Assembly: GCA_902563305.1 (NCBI GenBank)
Contig: CACEWP010000001.1
Location: 143,886-207,885 of the forward strand
Source: an uncultured Alphaproteobacteria bacterium
GTDB taxonomy: Bacteria; Pseudomonadota; Alphaproteobacteria; Methylaequorales; Methylaequoraceae
Direction: 5' to 3'
DNA length: 64,000 bases
Shown one piece after another: positions 46,986 to 57,483 of the stretch. The notes beneath the pieces were generated by a model that saw only the letters and a program-made list of their open reading frames with translations, was not told the origin of the DNA and ran no database searches. Position 1 is the first letter of the stretch. Every line of letters begins with the position of its first letter. Position numbers and translations under genes: made by a program.

Positions 46986-49373
46986 ATGAGGTTTACATTA
47001 GCTTGGTTAAAAGAGTATTTAGAATTTGAGTCTACAGTTGAAGATTTATGTGAAAAATTAACAAGTATTGGACTTGAAGTAGAAGAATTGAAAAATCCAA
47101 AAAAAAACTTGGATGGATTTACAGTTTCTGAAATTGTCGAGATAAATCCTCACCCCAATGCAAGTAAATTAAATATTTGTGATGTAGATAATGGTAAAGA
47201 AATTATAAAAATCGTCTGTGGTGCCTTAAATGTGAAAAAAAATATGAAGACAGTTCTTGCAAATATAGGTTGCATTATTAAACCAGAATGTAAGGAAGAG
47301 TTTGTAATTAGTAAAAGTACAATTAGAGGAGTGGAATCTAACGGAATGCTTTGCTCAAAAGAAGAGCTTGGTTTATCAGATGAATCAGATGGGATAATTG
47401 AATTGGATGATACTTCAATCGTTGGTGATAGTTTTTCAAATTATATAGATGATGAGATGATTGAAATTGAAATTGCAATAACTCCAAATCGCGTTGATTG
47501 TGCAGGAGTTTATGGAATTGCAAGGGATTTGAATGCTTCTGGTTTTGGAACTCTAAAAACAAAAAAAATAAAAACTTTTCCTGAAAAATTTGAAAGTAAA
47601 ATTAGAGTTTATAATAAACTTAAAAATGATTCATGCCCACAAATATCCTTTAGACAAATCAATAATGTAAGAAATGTCAAATCACCCAAGGAGATTGTAA
47701 AAAGATTTAACGGATCCAAATTAAAGGTTATCTCATCATTAGTTGATGTTACTAATTATCTAACAGTTGACTTTTGTAGACCTCTTCATGTCTTTGATTT
47801 AGATAAAATTGAGGGTGATATAAGTATTAGATATTCAAAGAAAGGTGAAAGTTTTTTTGGTCTAGATGAGAAAAGTTATAGTTTAGAAGAAAACATGATA
47901 GTGATTTGCGATGAAAAAAAAATTATTAGTTTAGCTGGTGTGATGGGAGGTAAAAATTCTGGATGTGATGAGAATACAAAAAATATTTTAATTGAATCCG
48001 CTTATTTTCTTCCAGAGAAAATTGCCTCTACAGGAAGGAAGTTAAATATTATTAGTGATGCAAGATATAGATTTGAAAGAGGTATTGATCCTAACTCAAT
48101 AGCTGACGGAATTGGAATGGCTACAGAAATGATTATTGGCATATGTGGAGGAGAAGTAGGTTCAATAGTTAGTGACTCGAGTCCTCTTAAGTCAACTATT
48201 GAAATAAATATAGAAAAATCTTTTTTTAACAAAATTCTTGGACATTCGATTAGTGAAAATTTTATTGAAGAAAAATTAAAAAGAATAGGTTGTGAAATAA
48301 AGAGTTTAAAAGAAAACTTTATTGTAAAACCACCTACATGGAGACCAGATATCAGAATTAAAGAAGATTTAGTTGAGGAGGTGGGCCGACTTGTGGGTTA
48401 TGAAAAAATTCCAAATAAAGAATTTAAATTTAATATTACGCCAGAGACTGAAATCACCTCACCGTCTCAAAAATTAAAAAGAAATATCAAAGAGTTATTG
48501 GTAAGTAGGAATATTATGGAGATTATTTCTTGGTCATTTTCAAATAAAAGGTGGGAAGAACGTTTAAATTCAAATAACAATATTTTTGAAATTGAAAATC
48601 CAATAAGTTCAGAATTATCTTGTTTAAGGACAAATTTGGTTGGGGGGTTGTTGAATATAATAAGCAAAAATAATAAAAAGAATATTCAAAATATTTCTAT
48701 ATTTGAAATGGGTCCAATTTTTACTGGTTTAAAACCAGGCAATCAGACTGAACATTTAACTGTAATTAGATCTGGCAAGGCAGAGGAAAAAAATTGGACC
48801 TCTGAGAATAGAGACTTTGATATTTTTGATATTAAATCTGATTTAATCAGTATACTTAAGTTATTAGAAATTCCATTAAACAAAATTAGAATTGAATCTG
48901 ATAAAAAACAATATTATCACCCTGGGAAGAATGGATCTGTCATTTTTGATGGTGTAAAAATAGCAAATTTTGGGGAAATCCATCCGAGTATTTCAAAGAG
49001 TTTTAAAATTAAAAATACTTCAATTTTACTTGAGTTTTACATTCAAGAAATTTTTCAATTCTTGAATAATAGTTGGCTCACAAAAGAAAAACTTTCCAAG
49101 TCTATTTTTCAATCTTCAATCAGAGACTTCTCTTTCGAAGTGGATAAAAAGTTAAATTCTATAGATCTTGTCAATCATATTAGGAATATTGATAAAGAAA
49201 TTATATCAGAAGTAAGGATTTTTGATAATTATGAGAATAAAGATTTTAGAGCTTTAGCATTGGAAGTCGTGATTCAATCTGATAAAAAAACTCTAACTGA
49301 GGAAGAAATTAATAGGTTGTCAGTAGAGATTGTAAATGAGGCAAAATCTAAATTTAAAGCAAAACTAAGATAA
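46986..49373 (+). CDS. pheT: phenylalanine--tRNA ligase beta subunit
   Basis: 795 aa. [13 protein letters not shown]-terminus, a tRNA-binding domain, and B3/4, B5 and FDX-ACB domains of the expected order and size. Confidence 0.95.
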   Translation: MRFTLAWLKEYLEFESTVEDLCEKLTSIGLEVEELKNPKKNLDGFTVSEIVEINPHPNASKLNICDVDNGKEIIKIVCGALNVKKNMKTVLANIGCIIKPECKEEFVISKSTIRGVESNGMLCSKEELGLSDESDGIIELDDTSIVGDSFSNYIDDEMIEIEIAITPNRVDCAGVYGIARDLNASGFGTLKTKKIKTFPEKFESKIRVYNKLKNDSCPQISFRQINNVRNVKSPKEIVKRFNGSKLKVISSLVDVTNYLTVDFCRPLHVFDLDKIEGDISIRYSKKGESFFGLDEKSYSLEENMIVICDEKKIISLAGVMGGKNSGCDENTKNILIESAYFLPEKIASTGRKLNIISDARYRFERGIDPNSIADGIGMATEMIIGICGGEVGSIVSDSSPLKSTIEINIEKSFFNKILGHSISENFIEEKLKRIGCEIKSLKENFIVKPPTWRPDIRIKEDLVEEVGRLVGYEKIPNKEFKFNITPETEITSPSQKLKRNIKELLVSRNIMEIISWSFSNKRWEERLNSNNNIFEIENPISSELSCLRTNLVGGLLNIISKNNKKNIQNISIFEMGPIFTGLKPGNQTEHLTVIRSGKAEEKNWTSENRDFDIFDIKSDLISILKLLEIPLNKIRIESDKKQYYHPGKNGSVIFDGVKIANFGEIHPSISKSFKIKNTSILLEFYIQEIFQFLNNSWLTKEKLSKSIFQSSIRDFSFEVDKKLNSIDLVNHIRNIDKEIISEVRIFDNYENKDFRALALEVVIQSDKKTLTEEEINRLSVEIVNEAKSKFKAKLR

Positions 49374-51172
49374 TGTTAATAGATAGGATTAGAAATTTTT
49401 CTATTATTGCACATATAGATCATGGTAAATCAACACTTGCAGACAGGATAATACAAAAATGTGGAGGTTTGTCTGAAAGAGAAATGAAAGATCAGGTTCT
49501 TGACTCTATGGATATTGAAAGAGAGAGAGGAATTACAATAAAAGCACAGACAGTTTATTTGGAATATGAATCTAAGAATAAACAAAAGTATAATTTTAAT
49601 TTAATGGATACCCCTGGTCATGTTGACTTTTCCTACGAAGTGAGTAGATCGCTCGCTTCTTGTGAAGGTTCTCTTCTTGTTGTTGACTCATCTCAAGGAG
49701 TTGAAGCTCAAACACTAGCAAATGTATATCAAGCCATTGAACATAATCATGAGATAATTCCAGTACTTAATAAAACAGATCTTTCTTCTTCTGAGCCTGA
49801 AAGAATAAAAAAACAAATAGAAGAAGTTATTGGAATTGATGCATCAAGGGCAGTACTTGTTTCTGCAAAAAATGGAGATGGAGTAGACGATCTTTTAGAA
49901 GCTATAGTTGAAAGGCTTCCATGCCCAAACGTTCAAAGAGACTCAAATTTGGTCGCTATGTTAATTGATAGTTGGTATGACCCTTATTTAGGAGTAATAA
50001 TTTTGGTTAGAATCCAGTCGGGCAAGCTTGAAAAAGGTATGAAGTTAAAGATGTTAGGAACGAATGCATCATATGTGGTTGAGAGATGTGGATTTTTTAC
50101 ACCAAAAATAAAGTATACAAATATTTTGCAAAGAGGTGAAATTGGATTCATTACTGCAGGAATAAAACATGTAAGTGACTGCAAAGTAGGAGATACAATT
50201 ACAGATGCACTTAAACCAACAGCTAAACCCTTAGCTGGTTTTAAACCAAGTAGACCAGTTGTATTTTGTGGATTATATCCTGTTGATGCTGATGATTATG
50301 ATTTATTGAGAGACAGTCTCTTAAAGTTGGGATTAAATGATGCAAGCTTTTCGTCAGAGCCAGAAACTTCTGCCGCACTTGGACTAGGTTTTAGATGTGG
50401 TTTTTTAGGATTATTACATTTGGAAATAATTCAGGAGAGACTTAGTAGAGAGTTTGACTTAAATCTTATTACCACATCACCTTCAGTTGTATATAAAATT
50501 GAATTAACTGATGGACAAATTTTAGATATACACAATCCATCAGAACTGCCAGATATAATGAAAATTAAGAAGATCTCAGAACCTGTAATTAAATCTACCA
50601 TAATGCTACCAGACGAGTATCTGGGTTCTGTTATTCAACTATGTACAGAAAGAAGAGGAATACAGAAAAATCTGAGTTATGTTGGAAAAAGGGCAATGAT
50701 AGAATATTACCTTCCACTAGCTGAGGTTGTATTTGATTTTTATGATAGACTTAAATCAGTAACGAGTGGATACGCAAGTTTTGATTATGAATTTAAAGAA
50801 TATAGTGAAAGTGATCTTGTTAGAGTTCAGATTCTTGTTAATTCAGAACCAGTTGATGCTCTTTCCTTTATTTGTCATAGATCTAAGTCAGTATCAAGAG
50901 GCAAGGTATATTGTGAAAAATTAAGTAAATTGATCCCGAGGCAACAATTTAAAATACCATTACAAGCGGCAATTGGAGGAAAAATTATAGCCAGAGAAAC
51001 AATTAACAGTTATAGAAAAGATGTTACAGCAAAATTATACGGTGGAGATGTAACACGAAAAAACAAACTTTTGGATAAGCAAAAAAAAGGAAAAAAAAGA
51101 ATGAGACAGTTTGGAAAAGTTGAGATTCCTCAATCGGCATTCATAAATGTTTTGAAAACCACAAGCGATTAA
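49373..51172 (+). CDS. lepA: elongation factor 4 (LepA)
   Basis: 599 aa. [32 protein letters not shown] and a LepA-specific C-terminus. ATGA-type junction with pheT. Confidence 0.97.
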   Translation: MLIDRIRNFSIIAHIDHGKSTLADRIIQKCGGLSEREMKDQVLDSMDIERERGITIKAQTVYLEYESKNKQKYNFNLMDTPGHVDFSYEVSRSLASCEGSLLVVDSSQGVEAQTLANVYQAIEHNHEIIPVLNKTDLSSSEPERIKKQIEEVIGIDASRAVLVSAKNGDGVDDLLEAIVERLPCPNVQRDSNLVAMLIDSWYDPYLGVIILVRIQSGKLEKGMKLKMLGTNASYVVERCGFFTPKIKYTNILQRGEIGFITAGIKHVSDCKVGDTITDALKPTAKPLAGFKPSRPVVFCGLYPVDADDYDLLRDSLLKLGLNDASFSSEPETSAALGLGFRCGFLGLLHLEIIQERLSREFDLNLITTSPSVVYKIELTDGQILDIHNPSELPDIMKIKKISEPVIKSTIMLPDEYLGSVIQLCTERRGIQKNLSYVGKRAMIEYYLPLAEVVFDFYDRLKSVTSGYASFDYEFKEYSESDLVRVQILVNSEPVDALSFICHRSKSVSRGKVYCEKLSKLIPRQQFKIPLQAAIGGKIIARETINSYRKDVTAKLYGGDVTRKNKLLDKQKKGKKRMRQFGKVEIPQSAFINVLKTTSD

Positions 51173-51174
51173 AT

Positions 51175-51264
51175 GGAGAGGTGGCCGAGTGGCTGAAGGC
51201 GCACGCTTGGAAAGCGTGTAAACAGGAAACTGTTTCGAGGGTTCGAATCCCTCTCTCTCCGCCA
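51175..51264 (+). tRNA. tRNA-Ser (anticodon GGA)
   Basis: GGAGAGGTGGCCGAGTGGCTGAAGGCGCACGCTTGGAAAGCGTG...GAGGGTTCGAATCCCTCTCTCTCCGCCA. Has a long variable arm, the anticodon loop TTGGAAA and an encoded CCA. Starts 2 nt after the lepA stop. Confidence 0.9.
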
Positions 51265-51313
51265 CTATCTGAAAGCCACGGATTCCCTAATCCTTAGAGC
51301 CTTAATTTTGTAA

Positions 51314-51338
51314 TTTTACCCCTAACTTTTACCCCTAA
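51314..51338. repeat. tandem direct repeat 2 x ttttacccctaa
   Basis: The 12-mer ttttacccctaa occurs at 51314-51325 and 51327-51338, separated by one c. It lies in the 94-nt spacer between tRNA-Ser and the cobC stop. Confidence 0.9.
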
Positions 51339-51358
51339 AAAGATGACATAAATAGATC

Positions 51359-51991
51359 CTAAAAATCTTTAACGACTTCTTTATTTAAAGCTATCAAGCG
51401 AAATCTACCACCTTTGTATTTATTATCTTCATTAGTAATCATCTCTAAAATATTGAGGCTTTGATGAAGTATCTCTATTCCAACTGCATAATCATGCTTG
51501 ATTTTTAAAGCATGTAATAATATTGACCTTATAGTACCTGCGTGTGAAATAATCACTATACTTTTACCTTCCAGTAAATTTAAATTTTTTAGCCAAATTC
51601 CAACTCTCTTGGATTGCTCTTTAAAGCTTTCTCCATTAGGAGGAGAAACATCAGGTGAGATAAATGAAAAATTGTGTTTTGTTTTACTTTTTTTTAAAAC
51701 TTTCCAAACCTCAGAAATTTTTTTTCCTGACCAATCACCAAAATTTTGTTCAATTAATTTATTTTCGCATACCATTTTAGAGTAATTAACATACTTTGAT
51801 AAAGCTTCTGCAGTCTGAATTGCTCTTTTTAAAGGACTAACATACCATTCGCAATTATTTGGAATTAAAGTCGCTAACATTTTAAGTTGGTTGTTTTTTA
51901 TAATTGCATCAGGGTTATGCTTGGGAAAAAAACCCTTAATCTGTTTTACAGGCGCATGTCGAATTAAATATAATTTTGTTGACTTAATCAA
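51359..51991 (-). CDS. cobC: histidine phosphatase family protein, probable alpha-ribazole-5'-phosphate phosphatase
   Basis: 210 aa. Carries LIRHAP, SPLKRAIQTA, EQNFGDWSG, PPNGESF and SHAGTIRS. Its 4-nt overlap with cobS supports the CobC role. Confidence 0.7.
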   Translation of the reverse strand: MIKSTKLYLIRHAPVKQIKGFFPKHNPDAIIKNNQLKMLATLIPNNCEWYVSPLKRAIQTAEALSKYVNYSKMVCENKLIEQNFGDWSGKKISEVWKVLKKSKTKHNFSFISPDVSPPNGESFKEQSKRVGIWLKNLNLLEGKSIVIISHAGTIRSILLHALKIKHDYAVGIEILHQSLNILEMITNEDNKYKGGRFRLIALNKEVVKDF

Positions 51992-52773
51992 TTTACAGTA
52001 ACCTTGACAATTACAATTCCAAATAAAAATACTAACTCAGTTAAAAATGCAATTGCTCCTAAGATATCCCCAGTTATTCCTCCTAGTGCCTTTTTAGACT
52101 TTAATCCTATTATAGAAACTATAAATGCCATTAGTATCCCACCAAGGAATATTCCATAAAAAGGGAAAATAACTGATGTGGGGAAAGCCCAAATCATAGT
52201 AGCTAAAAATAAATTTTTATGTGAAATTATTCCAACAATACTTCCCATTTTAGCAAATCTGGAATTATTAAAAAAATTTCTCGAAAAAATGATTGCTAAT
52301 TTACCAGAAGCAAATCCAACTGATAGTATAGATACTAACGAGTATCCGTATTCAACCAGACTTAATAACAGTCCAAGTCTAGTTAGTAATCCTAAAATTA
52401 ATGCAACGACTCCATATGTTCCTAGACGACTATCATGAATAATTTTATTAATTCTTCCGGGAGATCCTCCTGCCCCTAAACCATCTGCAGTGTCAGCTAA
52501 TCCATCTTCATGAAATGCACCAGATAAAATAATACTCAAGGTAATTGCAATTATACAAGATAAAAAAATTGACAACCCCAAGAAAATTAATAGATCACCA
52601 AGTAATCCTGAAAGTCCCCCTATTAGAAATCCTACAAGAGGAAAAGCCCAAGCAGCCTTTGTTAAGTCTGGTGCTTTATCTGAAAAAAAAGACCATTTAA
52701 TTGGTATTCGTGTAAAAAACATCACTGCTGCAAAAAAATCTCTCACATATTTATTTTTAATAAGCACTCGCAT
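51988..52773 (-). CDS. cobS: adenosylcobinamide-GDP ribazoletransferase (cobalamin 5'-phosphate synthase)
   Basis: 261 aa, polytopic. Carries FFTRIPI and GAFHEDGLADTADGLG motifs. Confidence 0.9.
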   Translation of the reverse strand: MRVLIKNKYVRDFFAAVMFFTRIPIKWSFFSDKAPDLTKAAWAFPLVGFLIGGLSGLLGDLLIFLGLSIFLSCIIAITLSIILSGAFHEDGLADTADGLGAGGSPGRINKIIHDSRLGTYGVVALILGLLTRLGLLLSLVEYGYSLVSILSVGFASGKLAIIFSRNFFNNSRFAKMGSIVGIISHKNLFLATMIWAFPTSVIFPFYGIFLGGILMAFIVSIIGLKSKKALGGITGDILGAIAFLTELVFLFGIVIVKVTVN

Positions 52774-52775
52774 AA

Positions 52776-53792
52776 TTAAATTTTTTTGCTAACAGCAGCT
52801 TCAGTAAATGTTGCCATTTTATTATGTGTTACTAGAGCAGCTCTAATTATTAAAGCAGCAACAGCACCACCACTTGCTTCTCCAAGTTTCATGTTCAAAT
52901 CTAGTATAGGTTCTTTTTTTAACTTTAAAATAATACCTTTATGACCTGGTTCTGATGATAAATGAGAAATTAGACAATGTTCTAAAAAGTTCTTGTCAAA
53001 AATAGTTAGAGTAGCTGCAGAAGCAGTTGATACAAAACCATCTAATAATATTGGTATTCCTCTTACCCTTGCAGCAATTACTGATCCTGCAATTGCGGCC
53101 ATCTCTCTTCCACCATAACAGGACAAAATTTCAATTACACTATCAAATTTTTTTCCGTGTAATTTTAATCCTTTTTTAATAATAGAAATTTTATTTTTAA
53201 GAGTTTTTGCTGATATACCAGTTCCTAACCCTGTCCATTTTTTCACAGGAGTGTTAAAAAGAGCACAAGAAATAGCTGTTGCTGATGTGGTATTTGATAT
53301 TCCCATTTCCCCGAGTATTAATAAGTCACATTTTTTTGGAACTGAATTATATCCTAATTGCATTGCAGATAATGTTTCACTGAGTTTCATTGCTCTTTCC
53401 TCTGAAAAATCTTTTGTAGGTTTATCAAGGTTTATTGGAATAACTGATAGTGCAATATTTGATAAATCACATAATTGATTTACTGCAGCTCCACCATTCT
53501 TAAAATTTTTTACCATTTGTTCTGTTACTTCAGATGGATAAGCTGATACATTTCTTTTTGCTATTCCATGGTTTCCAACAAAAACAAGACACTGAAAATT
53601 ATTCATTGTTGGCCTTTCTTTTTTTTGCCAGCCTGCCATCCATATTGCATATTTTTCCAATTTACCCAAACTCCCTTTGGGTTTTGTTAAGCTATTTTGA
53701 CGGTTTTTAGCTAAATTAGCATAATTCTTATCAAATTGGTTGAATTGAACCTGACCATTAAGAATTTTTCCAATGATATTTTTATCAATCAT
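52776..53792 (-). CDS. cobT: nicotinate-nucleotide--dimethylbenzimidazole phosphoribosyltransferase
   Basis: 338 aa. Carries VFVGNHGIA, VTEQMVKNFKNGGAAVNQL and LGEMGISNTTSATAI. Confidence 0.9.
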   Translation of the reverse strand: MIDKNIIGKILNGQVQFNQFDKNYANLAKNRQNSLTKPKGSLGKLEKYAIWMAGWQKKERPTMNNFQCLVFVGNHGIAKRNVSAYPSEVTEQMVKNFKNGGAAVNQLCDLSNIALSVIPINLDKPTKDFSEERAMKLSETLSAMQLGYNSVPKKCDLLILGEMGISNTTSATAISCALFNTPVKKWTGLGTGISAKTLKNKISIIKKGLKLHGKKFDSVIEILSCYGGREMAAIAGSVIAARVRGIPILLDGFVSTASAATLTIFDKNFLEHCLISHLSSEPGHKGIILKLKKEPILDLNMKLGEASGGAVAALIIRAALVTHNKMATFTEAAVSKKI

Positions 53793-53931
53793 ATTGAGAG
53801 TGTATTGATTATAATTCGTTTTTCAATTTATAAGCTTTCAAAAATTTAAATAAATACAAATAATAATTTACTCAATAAATTTATTATTAAAATTCTCTGG
53901 GATCTGATTTATTGCTCTTAAAAAATTATAT

Positions 53932-54366
53932 TTAAAAGAGTTTTTTATTTTTTGATAATGTACAAGTTCCTGTTCTATAAATAGTTTCTACACTCGTCCT
54001 AAATTCATGTTTAACAAAACCGGTGTATCGATTTAGTTCAATTATATTTTTTCTGATCAAAGTACCGTTATTTTCTAAATAGGACATTGAAAAAATAGTT
54101 GAGTCTGTTTTTAGAAAATTCGATTTACTATTTTTACCTCCTCCTTCAATAAAATCCGCTTGACTTTCAACAGAAAGCCATTGGTTTTTAATATCTAAAT
54201 AAAAAACCTGGTGTTGATCAATGATGCTTAAGTTTCTGAACTCAATATCGGTTTCGTCGTTTTCACCAGAAATTCCATAATTTAATTTACATACCAAAAT
54301 TTTTTCGTTGGCGAGAGCAGTCAGAGGTAAAATAAAAAGTAAAGCAACGGAAAAAATGAAGTTCAT
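53932..54366 (-). CDS. hypothetical secreted protein (144 aa)
   Basis: Signal peptide MNFIFSVALLFILPLTALA, with two Cys (C26, C136 of the precursor). No family recognised. Confidence 0.5.
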   Translation of the reverse strand: MNFIFSVALLFILPLTALANEKILVCKLNYGISGENDETDIEFRNLSIIDQHQVFYLDIKNQWLSVESQADFIEGGGKNSKSNFLKTDSTIFSMSYLENNGTLIRKNIIELNRYTGFVKHEFRTSVETIYRTGTCTLSKNKKLF

Positions 54367-54509
54367 TAGAAAATTAAAATGTATTTTTTAAAAGGAGTCA
54401 ATTTTAATTTTTGTGAAATAATTATTCATGATCATAAGTCTCTCATTTTATTATCATTGAGGTAATAAAAAAATGTTTTTTTGTAATATTTGTGTAAACT
54501 AAGAGGGTA

Positions 54510-54878
54510 ATGGAGCATTTATTGGAGGATTTATTTAGAGAGACAAACGGAAATTTAAGAGGATTTATTTTTGGATTTGTTCATGTAAGCATAATGTTGT
54601 TAGGATACTACACTGGTTTTAGTATTAATAGGTTTCTCAAGTTAGTATCTAACGGATATATAGCGGGTATCTTTGGTGCTGCTTTATCGCACATTATTGC
54701 AGATTTAATAGCGAGTTACATTGATCCACATATCAGAAGTATGATTTTAGGAATAGTAGTTGGTGGAATAATACCTCTTATTTTTATCCCATTTCTTGAG
54801 AAATATATTATAAAAAGTAAGCATCATATCGTTACAGGAGATCATGAAGATGTCAGAAAAGATTTGGATTCCCATTAA
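54510..54878 (+). CDS. hypothetical membrane protein (122 aa, about 3 TM)
   Basis: Good SD-like aagaggg upstream of the ATG. Three hydrophobic segments and a His-rich tail (KSKHHIVTGDHED...DSH). No family recognised. Confidence 0.5.
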   Translation: MEHLLEDLFRETNGNLRGFIFGFVHVSIMLLGYYTGFSINRFLKLVSNGYIAGIFGAALSHIIADLIASYIDPHIRSMILGIVVGGIIPLIFIPFLEKYIIKSKHHIVTGDHEDVRKDLDSH

Positions 54879-54929
54879 TAAAAAGAAAGTGAACATTTTG
54901 GCTAATAAATATTAATTTTATAATTTTCA

Positions 54930-55337
54930 ATGGAAGAAACAAGATCATTTAGATATAGACAACTTTTAAGTTGTAAGTGTTTCAAGATGCGAAAAGCATC
55001 AAGAGTAGTAACTCAGTTTTATGATAAAAAATTAAAACCTTCGGGAATAAGAATCACACAATTTACAATTTTAACACTCATAGCAACTAGTGAAAATAGA
55101 ACTCTAATTTCTTTAGCTAATGAGTTATTAATGGATAGAACTACTCTTACAAGAGGCCTTAATATACTTCTTAAAGAGGAATTAATAGAGCAAATCAAAT
55201 CAGAGGATTCCAGAAAAAAAATTATGAGATTGACCAAAAAAGGTCATATTGTATTAGACAAAGCAATTCCTCTGTGGCTTGAAGCTGAACATCAGATTCT
55301 AGATGAAAGTAAAAAATTAGGTTTTTCAGTTATTTAA
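54930..55337 (+). CDS. MarR family transcriptional regulator
   Basis: 135 aa. The wHTH pattern GIRITQFTILTLIATSENRTLISLANELLMDRTTLTRGLNILLKEELIEQ...D.R. Confidence 0.85.
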   Translation: MEETRSFRYRQLLSCKCFKMRKASRVVTQFYDKKLKPSGIRITQFTILTLIATSENRTLISLANELLMDRTTLTRGLNILLKEELIEQIKSEDSRKKIMRLTKKGHIVLDKAIPLWLEAEHQILDESKKLGFSVI

Positions 55338-56803
55338 GTTCCACAGAATGTATTTGAAACAACTTCGTTTGGTTTTGGTGGTATAGAAAATTTTTTATTT
55401 TTTGTTTTCTCTGTAAAAGGATTTTTAATGAGTTTTAACAGTTCTCTCATTTCTGAGAAATCATTATCTAGCGCGGATTTAATTGAAGATTCAATAATGT
55501 GATTTCTAGGGATATAAATTGGATTTATTTTCATCATTTTTTTTGCAATATCAGATTTTTGATTATTTTCTTTTTGTAATCTTTTATTCCAACGAGTGAA
55601 CCAATTATTAATTTCTTTTACATTGTTAATATTTTTCTCGAAAAAAGTAGACTTTTCTTCTAGTAAAATCTTTGAGAGGTTTCTAAAAGTTAATGTAAAA
55701 TCAAAATTTTCGTTTTTCATTATTTTAAAAAGATCGTTAATTAAGTTAAAATCTTCTTTAAATTTTTTTTCTAATCCAATTTTTTTTCTCATTTCATCTA
55801 ACCAGTTTTCTTCAAAATATCTTGGAAATTTTTTCAAACAATTTATCGCCTTACTTTTAGAGGTTTCAAAGTTTTCTCCAAGTAATGGAATAATACATTC
55901 AGCAAACTTAGATAAATTCCAAAGAATTATTTTACCCTGATTTACATAAGAATATCTTCCTGCATAATCAATATAGCTAAATACCTTATTGGGATCGTAT
56001 TGATCCATAAAGGCACACGGACCGTAATCTATGGTTTCTCCACAAATTGATGTATTATCTGTATTCATGACACCATGAATAAAACCAATACTCATCCACT
56101 TAGCTACCAAGGAGGCTTGTAATTTTATAACTTTTTCTAGAAGAAACTCATATGGATTATTTTTCTTAAACTCTGGAAAATGTCGATTGATTGTATAATC
56201 TGCAAGTTTTTTTAGTGACTTAAAATCTTTTTGGAAAAAGAAAAACTCAAATGTTCCAATTCGTATGTGACTAGAAGCAACTCGGGTTAAAATTCCTCCT
56301 TTTGTTGGTGTTTCTCTAAGAACAGTCTCTCCAGTACTTACAATAGCTAAAGAACGAGTACTTCTTAAACCTAGATAATGCAGTGCCTCACTAACTATAT
56401 ATTCCCTAATTACAGGACCAAGCGGCGATCTACCATCTCCTTGTCTTGAAAAAGCTGTTTTACCTGATCCTTTTAATTGAATATCAAATCTTTTACCATT
56501 GCTAGCAATTAGTTCACCAATTAAAATTGCTCTTCCATCTCCTAGTTGAGGAACAAAATTCCCAAATTGATGCCCTGCATAAGCCATTGCTATTGGTTGC
56601 GCACCATCAGGTAAATGATTACCCGAAAAAATTAGTCCTCCAACTTTTTTGTCGATATCATTAGAATTGATGTTTAGAAACTTTGATAATTCTAAATTAA
56701 ATTCAATTAATTTTGGGTTTTTGACAGGTTGAGGTTTAATTTTTTGATAAAAGAATGGTGGCAATTTAGAATAAGTGTGTGAAAAGTTAAAAATTTTTTT
56801 CAA
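55334..56803 (-). CDS. selO: protein adenylyltransferase SelO (YdiU/UPF0061)
   Basis: About 489 aa from the TTG at 56803, which forms a TTGA overlap with the upstream gene (the ORF track begins at 56875, inside that gene). Carries YAGHQFGNFVPQLGDGRAILIGE, GDGRSPLGPVIREYIVSEA, HGVMNTDNTSICGETIDYGP and IPRNH. Confidence 0.9.
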   Translation of the reverse strand: MKKIFNFSHTYSKLPPFFYQKIKPQPVKNPKLIEFNLELSKFLNINSNDIDKKVGGLIFSGNHLPDGAQPIAMAYAGHQFGNFVPQLGDGRAILIGELIASNGKRFDIQLKGSGKTAFSRQGDGRSPLGPVIREYIVSEALHYLGLRSTRSLAIVSTGETVLRETPTKGGILTRVASSHIRIGTFEFFFFQKDFKSLKKLADYTINRHFPEFKKNNPYEFLLEKVIKLQASLVAKWMSIGFIHGVMNTDNTSICGETIDYGPCAFMDQYDPNKVFSYIDYAGRYSYVNQGKIILWNLSKFAECIIPLLGENFETSKSKAINCLKKFPRYFEENWLDEMRKKIGLEKKFKEDFNLINDLFKIMKNENFDFTLTFRNLSKILLEEKSTFFEKNINNVKEINNWFTRWNKRLQKENNQKSDIAKKMMKINPIYIPRNHIIESSIKSALDNDFSEMRELLKLIKNPFTEKTKNKKFSIPPKPNEVVSNTFCGT

Positions 56804-57480
56804 CCTACACCCCCAAGAAAACCTAATATAAGCCCTATCAAAAAACCAAAGATTCCCCCCCATACAACTAACCAACCAAGATGTTTATGAATTATATCTT
56901 TAATAATTGTCTTAACTTGTTCTGGGCTTAGTTCATTTAATCTAGAGTCAATTAATAATTCAATATTATCTTTAAAACTCTCGGACAAGTTTTCGTTATC
57001 TTTAAATGTTTGGTCAATTAGATCATCAATTGTTTCTTTTATTTTTTTTTTAAAAGGTTCTTTAAGCGGTTCTAGAGCTTTTTCACCTCCTATCATCTCA
57101 AGCATTGAGCCTAAGGGGGATTCTTTTATCGCTTCTACAATTTTAATGTAAATCTCATCGTAGTTAATTTTTTCTAAAATATCGTTGGTAGAGATATTTT
57201 TTTCACTAGAGAATTTCTCTAAAGATTTTGATGAAAAAAATTCATGCATAATTAAATTTTTAATACCTTCTTTTAATTCTTTAAATCTTAATTGAATTAC
57301 TCCAGAACCAAAAAGAAACGGAACTTTTTCAAAAAGCATATGTATCGCGAGCCAATTGGTCAAACCACCTGATAAACCAAAAAGTCCAGCCATAAAGATC
57401 TCTGCCGTGTATACTGGAGATACAGTCCCATAAATTGTAATTAGAAGTGTGCTTAGATTTGTTAAAAGGCTTTTATTCAT
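56800..57480 (-). CDS. DUF445 family membrane protein
   Basis: 226 aa. GLSGGLTNWLAIHMLFEKVPF, and a C-terminal TM (LGWLVVWGGIFGFLIGLILG) flanking a helical middle section. Confidence 0.7.
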   Translation of the reverse strand: MNKSLLTNLSTLLITIYGTVSPVYTAEIFMAGLFGLSGGLTNWLAIHMLFEKVPFLFGSGVIQLRFKELKEGIKNLIMHEFFSSKSLEKFSSEKNISTNDILEKINYDEIYIKIVEAIKESPLGSMLEMIGGEKALEPLKEPFKKKIKETIDDLIDQTFKDNENLSESFKDNIELLIDSRLNELSPEQVKTIIKDIIHKHLGWLVVWGGIFGFLIGLILGFLGGVG

Positions 57481-57483
57481 ATT

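Noticed and set aside
51035-51265. 76-aa minus-strand ORF ([13 protein letters not shown]...) spanning the lepA end and tRNA-Ser.
   Set aside because: It is the antisense translation of the tRNA-Ser gene and the lepA 3' end, a classic artefact.
53793-53931. Looked for a cobalamin riboswitch upstream of cobT.
   Set aside because: The spacer is almost entirely A/T. It contains no B12-box-like conserved GC core on either strand, and it is too short and too unstructured.
54473-54502. 9-codon upstream ORF (MFFCNICVN) ending 7 nt before the ATG of the 54510 membrane-protein gene. A 10-codon ORF also lies at 54428-54460.
   Set aside because: It is too short to distinguish from chance in AT-rich DNA. 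It has no SD of its own and no conservation evidence is available.
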